NCBI GenBank assembly: GCA_034189385.1
Contig: JAXHVD010000011.1
Location: forward strand, 64,001 to 128,000
Reading direction: 5' to 3'
DNA from: Thermodesulfobacteriota bacterium
GTDB taxonomy: Bacteria; Desulfobacterota; Desulfobacteria; Desulfobacterales; C00003060
Length of the DNA: 64,000 nucleotides
The position numbers were made by a program, and so were the translations under genes. Every line of letters starts with the position of its first letter. The stretch's first letter is position 1. Below, in pieces: positions 39,827 to 48,975 of the stretch. Below the pieces are notes generated by a model. That model was not told the origin of the DNA. It ran no database searches and worked only from the letters and a program-made list of their open reading frames with translations.

Positions 39827-40963
39827 ATGCAGTTTTTAGAAACCCTTATTCTTGGAAACACGGTGTACGACTATGCCGTTGCAGTGGTCATCTTCATTGC
39901 CGCCGTATTGTTTTGCACCATGGCCAATCGCTTTCTTAAAAAGTACGCTTACTCTTGGGCCAAGAAGACCGCTAGTGACGTGGACGACCTCATTGTGAAA
40001 CGCATCTTCTCCCCTGTCACGTTTCTGATCCTCGTGGCTGGCATTGCCATGGCAAAGGGGCATTTGAAGGTTGCCGAGAGGGTTTCTTTCTGGATCGACA
40101 GGGTGTTGCTCGTCCTTGGTCTGGCCATCTTTTTCTTTCTCCTTATCCGCGTTTTCCAAGGGCTCACGGAAACCCTGGCCAGTGGGTACAACAAACGATT
40201 GAAACAGGAGGGGCCGACGGGCGTTGAAGAACAGATAAACACCGTCAATCGGATCAAGAAACAGGTAGTGGAAATCGGAAACATGGTCCTTGGGGTCCTT
40301 GCCGTCCTGACGATCCTATCCAACTTGGGCCTGGATTTGAAGGCTATCTGGGCCTCACTGGGCATCGGTGGCATCGCCCTGGTTGTGGCCGTCCAGGAAC
40401 CGCTGCGCAATCTCGTGGGAAGGGTTTACATCTTCAGCACAGGGATATTTGATGAAGGGCATTTCATTGTGTTCGGCGAGTCGGCCGGAACGGTGAAGCG
40501 CATATCCGCCTTTAGAACCTACCTGGAGCTTTTCACGGACATGACCACCGTATCGATCCCCAACGCAGACTTTGTCAAGGGTGTGGTCAAGACCTATTAC
40601 GGCAGGACGAAGTTCATGTACAAATGGGATCTGGACGTTCCCTATGACGTTGCCCCAGGAAAAATCCAGGAACTGGTTGTACAGCTCAGGGAACTAGTCA
40701 CGGGCAAGCCTGAGGTCAACAAAGACATGTGCTGGATCTATTTGGAACGCCTAGACCGTTATTCCAAGGTGGTGCGGGTCTGGTTTCAGGCAGGGCTTTC
40801 CAGTTGGGCCAAATCACTGTTTTATGGCAACCAGGTGCTGCACGAGATCCAGCTTGTTTTTGAATCCATGGGCATCCCTTTTGCTTTTCCCACGCAGACG
40901 CTCCTGGTAAACCCACAAGATCCAGCCCCTGTTGTGCTTCCAGAACCGGAGAGTAAGGCTTAG
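39827..40963 (+). CDS. Small-conductance mechanosensitive channel (MscS family)
   Basis: Several TM helices, ASLGIGGIAL, SIPNA, GIPFAFPTQT. Confidence 0.88.
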   Translation: MQFLETLILGNTVYDYAVAVVIFIAAVLFCTMANRFLKKYAYSWAKKTASDVDDLIVKRIFSPVTFLILVAGIAMAKGHLKVAERVSFWIDRVLLVLGLAIFFFLLIRVFQGLTETLASGYNKRLKQEGPTGVEEQINTVNRIKKQVVEIGNMVLGVLAVLTILSNLGLDLKAIWASLGIGGIALVVAVQEPLRNLVGRVYIFSTGIFDEGHFIVFGESAGTVKRISAFRTYLELFTDMTTVSIPNADFVKGVVKTYYGRTKFMYKWDLDVPYDVAPGKIQELVVQLRELVTGKPEVNKDMCWIYLERLDRYSKVVRVWFQAGLSSWAKSLFYGNQVLHEIQLVFESMGIPFAFPTQTLLVNPQDPAPVVLPEPESKA

Positions 40964-40965
40964 CC

Positions 40966-42516
40966 CTACTTCTTCCTCAGGACCGCCATCTCTTTGTCAA
41001 CGGCCTTTCTCGTCTTGGCAAGTAGCTCGCGGTGATAGTCGCGAAAGGCGTAGGCCTTGGCCCGGTTTAGATACCCCTTTGCAGCCTTAAGATCGGCCAT
41101 CGTCCCCTTGCTCAAAGCAAAATCAGCCTTGTGGAAGAGTACGACAAAGTCCACACTCCGGAGGCGAAGTTGAACGCTTTTGCGCGCCCCTTCTGTCGGG
41201 GCATAGGCCGATGCCTGACGCAAATACCTCTTGATCTTGGCCAGGTCGGGACCCTTGGGGTCGTTAATCGCTCCATCGGCCTTCTTCTGAAGGGAATTGA
41301 ACAACAGGGGATAGACCTCTTGCTTGGTATAGACCTGGCGGATCGGATTGGGGGCCTTGATCCCGTCTAGACTCAGGACCAGTTCTGTTCCCGTAGGGGC
41401 AAATTTCCCTCTCCAAACCTCAAGGGCGCCAGGCGTGTTCTTGAGATAGAAGTTGTCCCGATTGGAAAGGCTTGCTGAAAAAATAATGACAATCAAGACC
41501 GCCAGTGCGGCCAGCCCAGCCTTCATGGCGTTGCCCATGCCATCACCTGCTCGGGACAAGACAGCGGCAGGAGGAATCTCTTCAGCAACCTCTGGCCCAG
41601 AAGGCGGGGAAACTGCCTTGGCAGGGATAGTCTCAAATTTTCTAAAGAGCAGGTCTCTGGGGAAGGCCTCGGTTTTCTTGACCTCGACACCAGGCCCTGC
41701 TGTGGCATCAAAGGTCTTAAAAAGCAATGCCCTGATCCGCTTTGTCTCCTCCTTGCTATAACCAGAGACTATTGGCGGCGCCTTGGGGATCTTGACGGCC
41801 GCCTTTTTGGGGGCCTTGGCCGCCTTGGCCTTTACGGTGGCAAATTTCTTAAAAACCAGGTCCTTGATAGAAACCTTGGCCTTTTTTACAGGTGCTGCCT
41901 TTTTAGCCTTGGCTGAAGACTTTTTCGGAGCCGCCTTTTTCTTTGTCTTCACGCTTGGCCCTGCTGTGGCATCAAAGGTCTTAAAAAGCAATGCCCTGAT
42001 CCGCTTTGTCTCCTCCTTGCTATAACCAGAGACTATTGGCGGCGCCTTGGGGATCTTGATGGCCGCCTTTTTGGGGGCCTTGGCCGCCTTGGCCTTTACG
42101 GTGGCAAATTTCTTAAAAACCAGGTCCTTGATAGAAACCTTGGCCTTTTTTACAGCTGCTGCCTTTTTGGCAGGAGCAGCCTTCGTTGCCTTCACAGTCT
42201 TTTTGGGTTTGGCTTTCGGTTTTGCTGTCGCCTTGGCCACAATCTTCTCCTTTGGCTTGGTCGTTGTCTTTACCTTTGGTTTTGCTTTGACTGCCGTCGC
42301 TTTGGTCTTGGTTTTGGCAGGTGCCTTTGGTGCTGCTTTGGCCTTGGCAGGTGCGGCAGCCTTTCTTGCTGGAGTCGCCTTTTTTGTGGCCTTGGTCTGG
42401 CTTTTCAGGACCCTTTTCTTTGGTTCTGACGCCTTGACTGATGCTTTGGGTGCTGCTTTTTTCTTGGCTGTCGGCTTCTTCTTAGTGGTTGATTTGAGTA
42501 AGCTCTTTCTCCCCAT
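40966..42516 (-). CDS. Lys/Ala/Pro-rich histone-H1-like protein with one TM helix and C-terminal domain
   Basis: 516 aa; about 280 aa highly basic N-terminus; TM LAALAVLIVIIFSASL; RBS GGGGG. Confidence 0.8.
   Translation of the reverse strand: MGRKSLLKSTTKKKPTAKKKAAPKASVKASEPKKRVLKSQTKATKKATPARKAAAPAKAKAAPKAPAKTKTKATAVKAKPKVKTTTKPKEKIVAKATAKPKAKPKKTVKATKAAPAKKAAAVKKAKVSIKDLVFKKFATVKAKAAKAPKKAAIKIPKAPPIVSGYSKEETKRIRALLFKTFDATAGPSVKTKKKAAPKKSSAKAKKAAPVKKAKVSIKDLVFKKFATVKAKAAKAPKKAAVKIPKAPPIVSGYSKEETKRIRALLFKTFDATAGPGVEVKKTEAFPRDLLFRKFETIPAKAVSPPSGPEVAEEIPPAAVLSRAGDGMGNAMKAGLAALAVLIVIIFSASLSNRDNFYLKNTPGALEVWRGKFAPTGTELVLSLDGIKAPNPIRQVYTKQEVYPLLFNSLQKKADGAINDPKGPDLAKIKRYLRQASAYAPTEGARKSVQLRLRSVDFVVLFHKADFALSKGTMADLKAAKGYLNRAKAYAFRDYHRELLAKTRKAVDKEMAVLRKK
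41693..42155. repeat. In-frame direct repeat, about 199 bp, period 264 bp
   Basis: 41693-41891 vs 41957-42155; one mismatch seen (cttgaCggcc / cttgaTggcc). Confidence 0.93.
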
Positions 42517-42698
42517 AAAAACCCCCTACAGCGATCTGCGCATTATAAGGAAAAGCGCTACGATGATTCGGTATGAACCAAGACTTGGACTAACATTAGC
42601 TGCCTAGAAGCATAGACCCTATACTAAATTGTGTCCTCCTTGTAAAGGCTTTCTTTGGGAGAAACACCCGTTGGCATGGCCGACGGGGGCAGGTGGTA

Positions 42699-43388
42699 TC
42701 ATCGGACGACAGCCTCTTGGACGTAATCTTCCAGTTTTCCCCTAAGGCCCTCGAAATCCTTGTCAGAATATGTGGCCTCTTTCATAAACCTTCTATCCAG
42801 GGTCTTGGAGGGAACGAACTTCTGCAAGACATAGCGCTGAGCACCCTTGATCAAGGTCCCAATTTTTTTGAAATCAGCCTTGGTTAAGATAGATTTTACA
42901 ACAGTGGTGCGGAATTCATGGTCAATGCCGGAATCCATGATCAGTTGAATGCTTTCCTTTATTCTTTTCGTGTCAATGGAGGATTTTGAGATTTGGCCAT
43001 ATTTCGGCAACGGGCCTTTCACGTCCATGGCCATATAGTCTATAAGCCTCTTTTCCACCAGCCTTGCCAAGACTTCAGGATGAGATCCGTTTGTATCTAG
43101 CTTGATCAAATAGGGCATCTCTTTGATCTCTTCCATGAACTCGACCAAGTCGGGCTGTATGGTAGGCTCACCGCCTGTGATGCAGACAGCATCGAGCTTC
43201 CCCTCACGGGTTCGCAAAAAGGAAAGGACGTCTTCTTGGGCAAGGGGCTCTTGGAAGCGTTTGGGATCAACGAGTTCGGGGTTGTGACAATAGGGGCATC
43301 GGAAGTTGCACCCTTGGGTGAACAGAACAGCACTAAGCCTTTCTGGATAGTCGATCAAAGAGAGCCGTTGCCAACCGCCCAGTTTCAT
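42699..43388 (-). CDS. nrdG: Anaerobic ribonucleotide reductase activase (radical SAM)
   Basis: GCNFRCPYCHN, ITGGEPT, DTNGS; directly downstream of nrdD. Confidence 0.93.
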   Translation of the reverse strand: MKLGGWQRLSLIDYPERLSAVLFTQGCNFRCPYCHNPELVDPKRFQEPLAQEDVLSFLRTREGKLDAVCITGGEPTIQPDLVEFMEEIKEMPYLIKLDTNGSHPEVLARLVEKRLIDYMAMDVKGPLPKYGQISKSSIDTKRIKESIQLIMDSGIDHEFRTTVVKSILTKADFKKIGTLIKGAQRYVLQKFVPSKTLDRRFMKEATYSDKDFEGLRGKLEDYVQEAVVR

Positions 43389-43392
43389 GGCC

Positions 43393-45483
43393 CTAGAAAT
43401 GAAAGACCTCTCTTGTCCGGTACTCTTCCTGCTTACCCTTGTTCCACTGCTTCACGGGGCGAAGATAGCCCACCACCCGGGAATATATCTCACAGGGTGC
43501 TTCACACTTGGGACAGGCCGTCTGCTCTCCAGCTAAATATCCATGGGTCGGGCAGACACTAAAGGTAGGGCTGAACGTGAAATAGGGCAAACGGTAGTTT
43601 TCGCAGACCTTGCGGACCAGGCGCTTCACGCCATTGGGGTTGGTCACCCGTTCTCCGGCATAGGCATGAAATACCGTTCCACCCGTATATTTGGCCTGGA
43701 TCTCCTCCTGAAGATCGAGGGCCTCGAAGATATCATCGGTGTAGTTCACGGGCAGTTGGGTGGAGTTCGTGTAGAAGACAGGACGGTCCTTTTTCTTGTG
43801 TCCATTGCCGTTGGCACAGAGGATGTCTGGATACTTCTGACGATCGAGCTTTGCCAGCCTGAAAGAGGTCCCTTCTGCCGGTGTGGCTTCAAGATTATAG
43901 TTGTTTCCTGTCTCTTGCTGAAACTCGACCAGCTTGCCCCTCATGAAATCGAGGACCCTCTTAGTGAATCGCTGACCCTCTGGATGGCTGATGTCTGTGC
44001 CGAGCAGATTCAAACAGGCCTCATTCATCCCCACCAGGCCGATGGTTGAAAAGTGGTTCTTCCAATACTCATTAAAACGCTCTTTTACCTTCCTTAGATA
44101 ATACTTCGTATAGGGATAGAGACTCCCTTCTGTAAACTTCTCCAGGACTTTTCTCTTTATCTCCAAGCTCGCCTTGGCAAGACCCATGAGGTTTTCCAGC
44201 CCCACGATGAATTCGTCCTCTGATTTGCTCAGGTGGCCGATCCTGGGCATATTGATAGTCACCACTCCAATGGAGCCGGTCAAGGGATTGGAGCCGAACA
44301 GTCCGCCTCCCCGCAGCTCCAGTTCCCTGTTGTCAATGCGCAACCTGCAGCACATGCTCCTGGCATCTTCCGGGTTCATGTCGGAGTTTACAAAATTGGA
44401 AAAATAGGGCACACCGTACTTGGCTGTCATTTCCCATAGATAAGTCAGATTGGCATTCTCCCACTCAAAATCCTTTGTGATGTTATAGGTGGGAATGGGA
44501 AAGGTAAAAACCCTGCCTTTGGCATCGCCCTCTGCCATGACCTCCAAGAAGGCCTTATTAAAAAGGTCCATCTCTTCTTGAAAGTCCTTGTACGTTTCTT
44601 GTTGCATCTCCCCGCCGATGACAACCCCTTGATTGGCGTGATAGGCTGGGACCTTGACATCTAAGGTGACGTTGGTGAAGGGGGTCTGGAAACCGACCCT
44701 TGTGGGCACATTGATATTGAAGACAAACTCCTGGAGCGCCTGCTTGACCTCTCGGTAACTCAAGTTGTCATATTTTATGAACGGTGCCAGCAGGGTGTCG
44801 AAATTGGAAAAGGCCTGGGCCCCTGCTGCCTCCCCTTGAAGGGTATAGAAGAAATTGACAACCTGTCCCAAGGCGCTCCGGAGGTGTTTGGCGGGCTTGG
44901 TCTCCACCTTTCCTGATACCCCCCTGAATCCCTGCATCAAAAGATCAAAGAGGTCCCACCCAACGCAGTAGACAGAGAGGATGCTTAGATCGTGCATATG
45001 GAGATCCCCTTCCACATGGGCCTCCTTTATTTCCCGAGGATAGACCTCGCTCAACCAGTAGACTTTACTCACTTCAGAGGAGATATAATTATTGAGTCCC
45101 TGGAGTGAATAAGCCATGTTGCTGTTTTCATTTATCTTCCAGTCGATCTTCTTAAGATACTGGTCGACCAGATCGATCTCCATCTTGTTTGCCAACTCTC
45201 GCAATCTGGCATGCTGATCACGATAGATAATGTATCTCTTGGCTGTCTTGCGATAGGGGGAACTGAGAAGGACCTCTTCAACAATGTCCTGCACCTCCTC
45301 TACGTTCATGATTTTGTCACCAAAGACCTTCTCTGCCAGGTTTAAGACTCTTATGGTGAGTTTTCTTGCGCCCTTGACATCAAATTCCCCTGTGGCCTCA
45401 CCTGCCTTTTCAATGGCATTGGTGATCTTTTCGGCATTGAATTTGACATACCGGCCATTCCTCTTTCTGATCTTGCTGTGCAT
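43393..45483 (-). CDS. nrdD: Class III ribonucleoside-triphosphate reductase with ATP cone
   Basis: ATP cone, FTFPIPT, SMCCRL, EATPAE, CPTH/CPKC, glycyl-radical loop YSRVVGYLRP. Confidence 0.96.
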   Translation of the reverse strand: MHSKIRKRNGRYVKFNAEKITNAIEKAGEATGEFDVKGARKLTIRVLNLAEKVFGDKIMNVEEVQDIVEEVLLSSPYRKTAKRYIIYRDQHARLRELANKMEIDLVDQYLKKIDWKINENSNMAYSLQGLNNYISSEVSKVYWLSEVYPREIKEAHVEGDLHMHDLSILSVYCVGWDLFDLLMQGFRGVSGKVETKPAKHLRSALGQVVNFFYTLQGEAAGAQAFSNFDTLLAPFIKYDNLSYREVKQALQEFVFNINVPTRVGFQTPFTNVTLDVKVPAYHANQGVVIGGEMQQETYKDFQEEMDLFNKAFLEVMAEGDAKGRVFTFPIPTYNITKDFEWENANLTYLWEMTAKYGVPYFSNFVNSDMNPEDARSMCCRLRIDNRELELRGGGLFGSNPLTGSIGVVTINMPRIGHLSKSEDEFIVGLENLMGLAKASLEIKRKVLEKFTEGSLYPYTKYYLRKVKERFNEYWKNHFSTIGLVGMNEACLNLLGTDISHPEGQRFTKRVLDFMRGKLVEFQQETGNNYNLEATPAEGTSFRLAKLDRQKYPDILCANGNGHKKKDRPVFYTNSTQLPVNYTDDIFEALDLQEEIQAKYTGGTVFHAYAGERVTNPNGVKRLVRKVCENYRLPYFTFSPTFSVCPTHGYLAGEQTACPKCEAPCEIYSRVVGYLRPVKQWNKGKQEEYRTREVFHF

Positions 45484-45515
45484 GCCCTTTCCCCCTGTTG
45501 TGGAGAGCCGTTTTT

Positions 45516-45570
45516 TCACAATATGTTGTAGCGAGGATGTTCTTATACTACCATATGTGGCGCATTGCAA
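45516..45570 (-). promoter_or_regulatory. Tandem NrdR boxes overlapping the nrdD promoter
   Basis: TCACAATATGTTGTAG (45516-45531) and CTACCATATGTGGCGC (45548-45563), 32 bp apart; minus-strand TTGCAA-17-TATAAG. Confidence 0.75.
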
Positions 45571-45694
45571 GAGAAAAAAATGGGCCATGGGGAAATTTCG
45601 CTGAAAGGGCTCCTCCCGGAAGAGGGGCTGTGGCAGGGGAGTCTGGTACGGGAAAACAGGAGGAGTGGCCCCAAGTGCCTCCACCCTTAAGCGT

Positions 45695-46006
45695 CTAAGG
45701 CCCCTTGAGCTGCAGCAGGTTGTTGACAGCGACCACGCCGTCCACGCTTTGGGCTCTTGTTCCCGCCATTTGCATCTGTTCCGCTGTGTCCACGGCCCCT
45801 AATAAGGTAACCGTTCCCTTAAAGGTGTGCACACTGACGGCAAACCCCTTGAGCACGTCGTCCTTGTAGAGTTTAGCCTTGACTTTAGTGGTAATGGTGG
45901 CGTCGTCGATTACCTGGCCAGGCGATCTTCCCGCAGGGGTGCTACAGGCGGCCACGGCCACCAGGATTGCCAAAACAAGTAGACTCGCAATCCGTCCCTT
46001 TCCCAT
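45695..46006 (-). CDS. BON-domain lipoprotein
   Basis: Lipobox VAAC; DDATITTKVKAKL, GTVTLLG, VDGVVAVNNLL; RBS GGAGG. Confidence 0.92.
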   Translation of the reverse strand: MGKGRIASLLVLAILVAVAACSTPAGRSPGQVIDDATITTKVKAKLYKDDVLKGFAVSVHTFKGTVTLLGAVDTAEQMQMAGTRAQSVDGVVAVNNLLQLKGP

Positions 46007-46467
46007 CGTCAACCTCCTGAGCGGTTCGTTCATGGCGCAAATGATATGAGGAAACCCCATGCTATGCGGAAAAAGTGTGTGGTCGAAAGACTATCCAAAA
46101 GCCCTAGTGAAGTCAACGGTGACTCCTAAAAAACGGTCGGCCCCACGATAGCCCATAAGGTAGCACCGTTTCAGCCTATCTCACGAAACAAGCCAAACAG
46201 CTAAGGCCGACATTCTATCAAGGACACATCTTGATGCCTTCCCGATGAAAAATGCACAGACAAAACGCAAACAGGGGCGGCCTTGAAACTTCACCACTAA
46301 TTTGCCATGCTACGAGCAAGGGGACTAAGACGGGCCAAGAGGGCCTTTAGGACCTTCATATGACATTTTTGCGAAAACCTGAATCGCTACTTTCTCCATT
46401 TTGGCCTAAAAGACCCTGTCCTTTGTTCAACCTATTGCTCGGACACGGCACGAGGTAGCGTAAGACC

Positions 46468-47211
46468 ATGGGAAAACGAAAAACCCCAAGACAGCTCAGC
46501 AAGCTGATGCATTACGTCCTCGGACGACGGCCCGATGAATTCGGATTGGTTCCCAACGACGAGGGGTTTGTGCGCATCAAGGACTTGCTCAAGGCCTTGT
46601 CAGAAGAACCGGGGTGGGGATACGTCCGAAGATCCCACGTCCATGAGGTCCTCCTCACCTCTTCAAAGGATGCCTTCGTGGTAGAGGCAGACTGCATTAG
46701 GGATGGCAGCCGTGACGATGCGGTCAGCCCGGTAGCTGGCGTTGTGCCGCCCAAGCTCCTGTACCACGCCTTGCGGCGCAAGGCCTATCCTGTGGTCTGT
46801 GAGAAGGGAATCCATCCCATGGGACAACACCACGTCTTTCTGGCAACAACCAAAGAGATGGCCCTTCGCATGGGAACCAGGAGAGACCCTAAACCGGTCT
46901 TGCTCACGGTCCAGGCCCGAAGGGCCTCTGAGGCAGGGGTGACATTTTCCAGGCAGGGCGAACTGCTCTACAGGGCCGATCATGTTCCTGTGGGATATTT
47001 TTCGGGCCCGCCCCTTCCCAAGGAGAAGAAAGAGGCCCCAAAAGCCAAAAAGGAACGCCCCCTTGCGCCAGAAGCCCTGGCAGGAAGTTTTGCTCTGGAC
47101 ATGGAGCGTTCGCAGGAGCTCCAACAGCAGCGGCTGAAAAAAAAGGGGCTGAAGAAGGACATCCAGTGGAAGAAGGATGCCCGGAAGCTAAGACGCAAGC
47201 ACAGGTCATAA
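46468..47211 (+). CDS. KptA/Tpt1-like RNA 2'-phosphotransferase, degenerate motifs, basic tail
   Basis: LSKLMHYVL...FGL...EGFV, PPKLLYH, GIHPM, HVFLA, MALRMG, PVLLTV, HVP. Confidence 0.8.
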   Translation: MGKRKTPRQLSKLMHYVLGRRPDEFGLVPNDEGFVRIKDLLKALSEEPGWGYVRRSHVHEVLLTSSKDAFVVEADCIRDGSRDDAVSPVAGVVPPKLLYHALRRKAYPVVCEKGIHPMGQHHVFLATTKEMALRMGTRRDPKPVLLTVQARRASEAGVTFSRQGELLYRADHVPVGYFSGPPLPKEKKEAPKAKKERPLAPEALAGSFALDMERSQELQQQRLKKKGLKKDIQWKKDARKLRRKHRS

Positions 47212-47315
47212 ATCGCCCCCCTATCTCTCTCACAGAGCCCGTATCACCATAAAGGCCCTCATGAGACGAGGGCGCGGGGAGAGCACTGGGCCGAGAAGGA
47301 CGTTACAGAAAAGAG

Positions 47316-48761
47316 ATGAAGATCACACGCCATTTGTATGGGCTTTCCTCCATTGGTCCTGTCTATCTTGTGGGCGGTTCCGTCCGCGATGCCATCCTCG
47401 GTCGCCCTTCCAAGGACTACGATGTTGCAGTGCCTCGTAACGCCAAGGCCTTTGCAAAAGAGGTGGCCAAGCGGATGGGCGCTCGGGTCATTGAAATCGG
47501 AAAAAACGACAGGACCGTGCACCGGGTCGTTTTGGGAAAAGAGATCCTCGATTTTTCGCCTATGGAGGAAGACGGCATAGAAAAGGATTTGAAAAGACGA
47601 GACTTCACCATCAATGCCATGGCCTATGACCTGCAGTCTAACAGCCTTATTGATCCTGTTGGCGCCTTGGACGACATACGGTCAAGAACCATCAGGCTCA
47701 CTTCAGAAAAGGCGGTCTTGGAGGACCCTGTGAGGATGGTTAGGGCATTTCGGTTTGCTGCGGTCCTAGGTTTTGCCATCGCCCCGGAAACCTTGGCAGC
47801 TATCACCAGACATCGCGGGCTGATTGCCAGGTCGGCGAAAGAGCGCATCAGTGCAGAGGTCATAAGCATGATGGAGGCCGAAAGGTCCTTTCCCTCCCTC
47901 AGGGAGATGGACCGGACCGGCCTCCTTGCGCAAATCATCCCTGAGCTTGAGTCCTGTCGCGCCTGCCTGCAAAATGAGATCCATGGACGGGATGTATTTG
48001 AACATGCCATGGGGACCTATGAGGAGATAGAATCGATCCTGAGTCCACCACCAGCCAACGACCTGTGGCCCGAGTTTTCTGCACCGATTCAGGCCTATCT
48101 TGAAAAGGGAGGCCGAAGGGGCCTTTTAAAGTGGGCCGCCTTGCTTCACGACGTAGGGAAACCTGAGACACGCAGTGTTGATCCCACTGGCAAGGTCCGG
48201 TTTTTACGTCACGAACAGGTCGGGGCGGCCATGGTGAGAGATATTTGTAGCAGGCTGCGGATGTCTGGTCAGAACCGTTCATACATCACCTTCGTGGTTC
48301 AAAAACACCTCCTTCCCCTGTTCCTGTTCCACGCCTTTGAGCGACAGAGCCTTACCTCGAAAGGCATGGTGCGCTTTGTCACAAAATACCAAGACGACAT
48401 CATCGGGCTCTTGATACACAGCCTCGCCGATGAGCGTGCCAAGGCAAGGGCGAGTGACGAATCGATCTGCAAATTGGTACATTTTTCGCATAAGATCATA
48501 TCCACGTATTTCCGCCATCTCAAACCCAAGATGGCAGAACCCAAACTGATTAACGGGCACGATTTGATGGGGCATTTCAATCTAAAACCATCTAAAGGTC
48601 TAGGCCGGTTGTTGCAGAGAGTGGAAGAAGCCCGGTTGAAGGGGGAGGTGAAGACCAAGGAAGAGGCCATGGAACTGGTCGGCACATGGCTGAAATTGGA
48701 GGGCGATGCCGGGATCGAACCGGCGACACCAAGCTCCGGAGGCTTGTGCTCTATCCGCTGA
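47316..48761 (+). CDS. Class II tRNA nucleotidyltransferase (CCA / poly(A) polymerase family) with HD domain
   Basis: YLVGGSVRD, DYD, DLKRRDFTINAMA, EDPVRMVRAFRF, ERI, LLHDVGK. Confidence 0.92.
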   Translation: MKITRHLYGLSSIGPVYLVGGSVRDAILGRPSKDYDVAVPRNAKAFAKEVAKRMGARVIEIGKNDRTVHRVVLGKEILDFSPMEEDGIEKDLKRRDFTINAMAYDLQSNSLIDPVGALDDIRSRTIRLTSEKAVLEDPVRMVRAFRFAAVLGFAIAPETLAAITRHRGLIARSAKERISAEVISMMEAERSFPSLREMDRTGLLAQIIPELESCRACLQNEIHGRDVFEHAMGTYEEIESILSPPPANDLWPEFSAPIQAYLEKGGRRGLLKWAALLHDVGKPETRSVDPTGKVRFLRHEQVGAAMVRDICSRLRMSGQNRSYITFVVQKHLLPLFLFHAFERQSLTSKGMVRFVTKYQDDIIGLLIHSLADERAKARASDESICKLVHFSHKIISTYFRHLKPKMAEPKLINGHDLMGHFNLKPSKGLGRLLQRVEEARLKGEVKTKEEAMELVGTWLKLEGDAGIEPATPSSGGLCSIR

Positions 48762-48772
48762 GCTAATCGCCC
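48697..48772 (-). tRNA. tRNA-Arg(CCG)
   Basis: GGGCGATTAGCTCAGCGGATAGAGCACAAGCCT-CCG-GAGCTTGGTGTCGCCGGTTCGATCCCGGCATCGCCCTCCA; 76 nt, encoded CCA; upstream TTGACA-16-TATGGT. Confidence 0.97.
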
Positions 48773-48975
48773 GACTCCGTAGACCATACCATGTTGCCCT
48801 GTCGTGTCAAGGGGGGTGGGGCGTCAGGGCGTGTAGGGGAAAAGAGATCGGCATTTTTCTTGAATTTCCAACATGGTGTGATTATATTGGCCATATCCAG
48901 TCAAAAAATCTCAGATAGTCCCCATGTTTTTGGAACAGCAACAGGGGCCCCTATCAGAGACGGAAGTAGGAGATT

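Noticed and set aside
41453..42607. Hydrophobic plus-strand ORFs
   Set aside because: Antisense of Lys/Ala codons in the H1-like gene.
45484..45684. Extended nrdD N-terminus
   Set aside because: Region holds the promoter and NrdR boxes; ATP cone starts at 45483.
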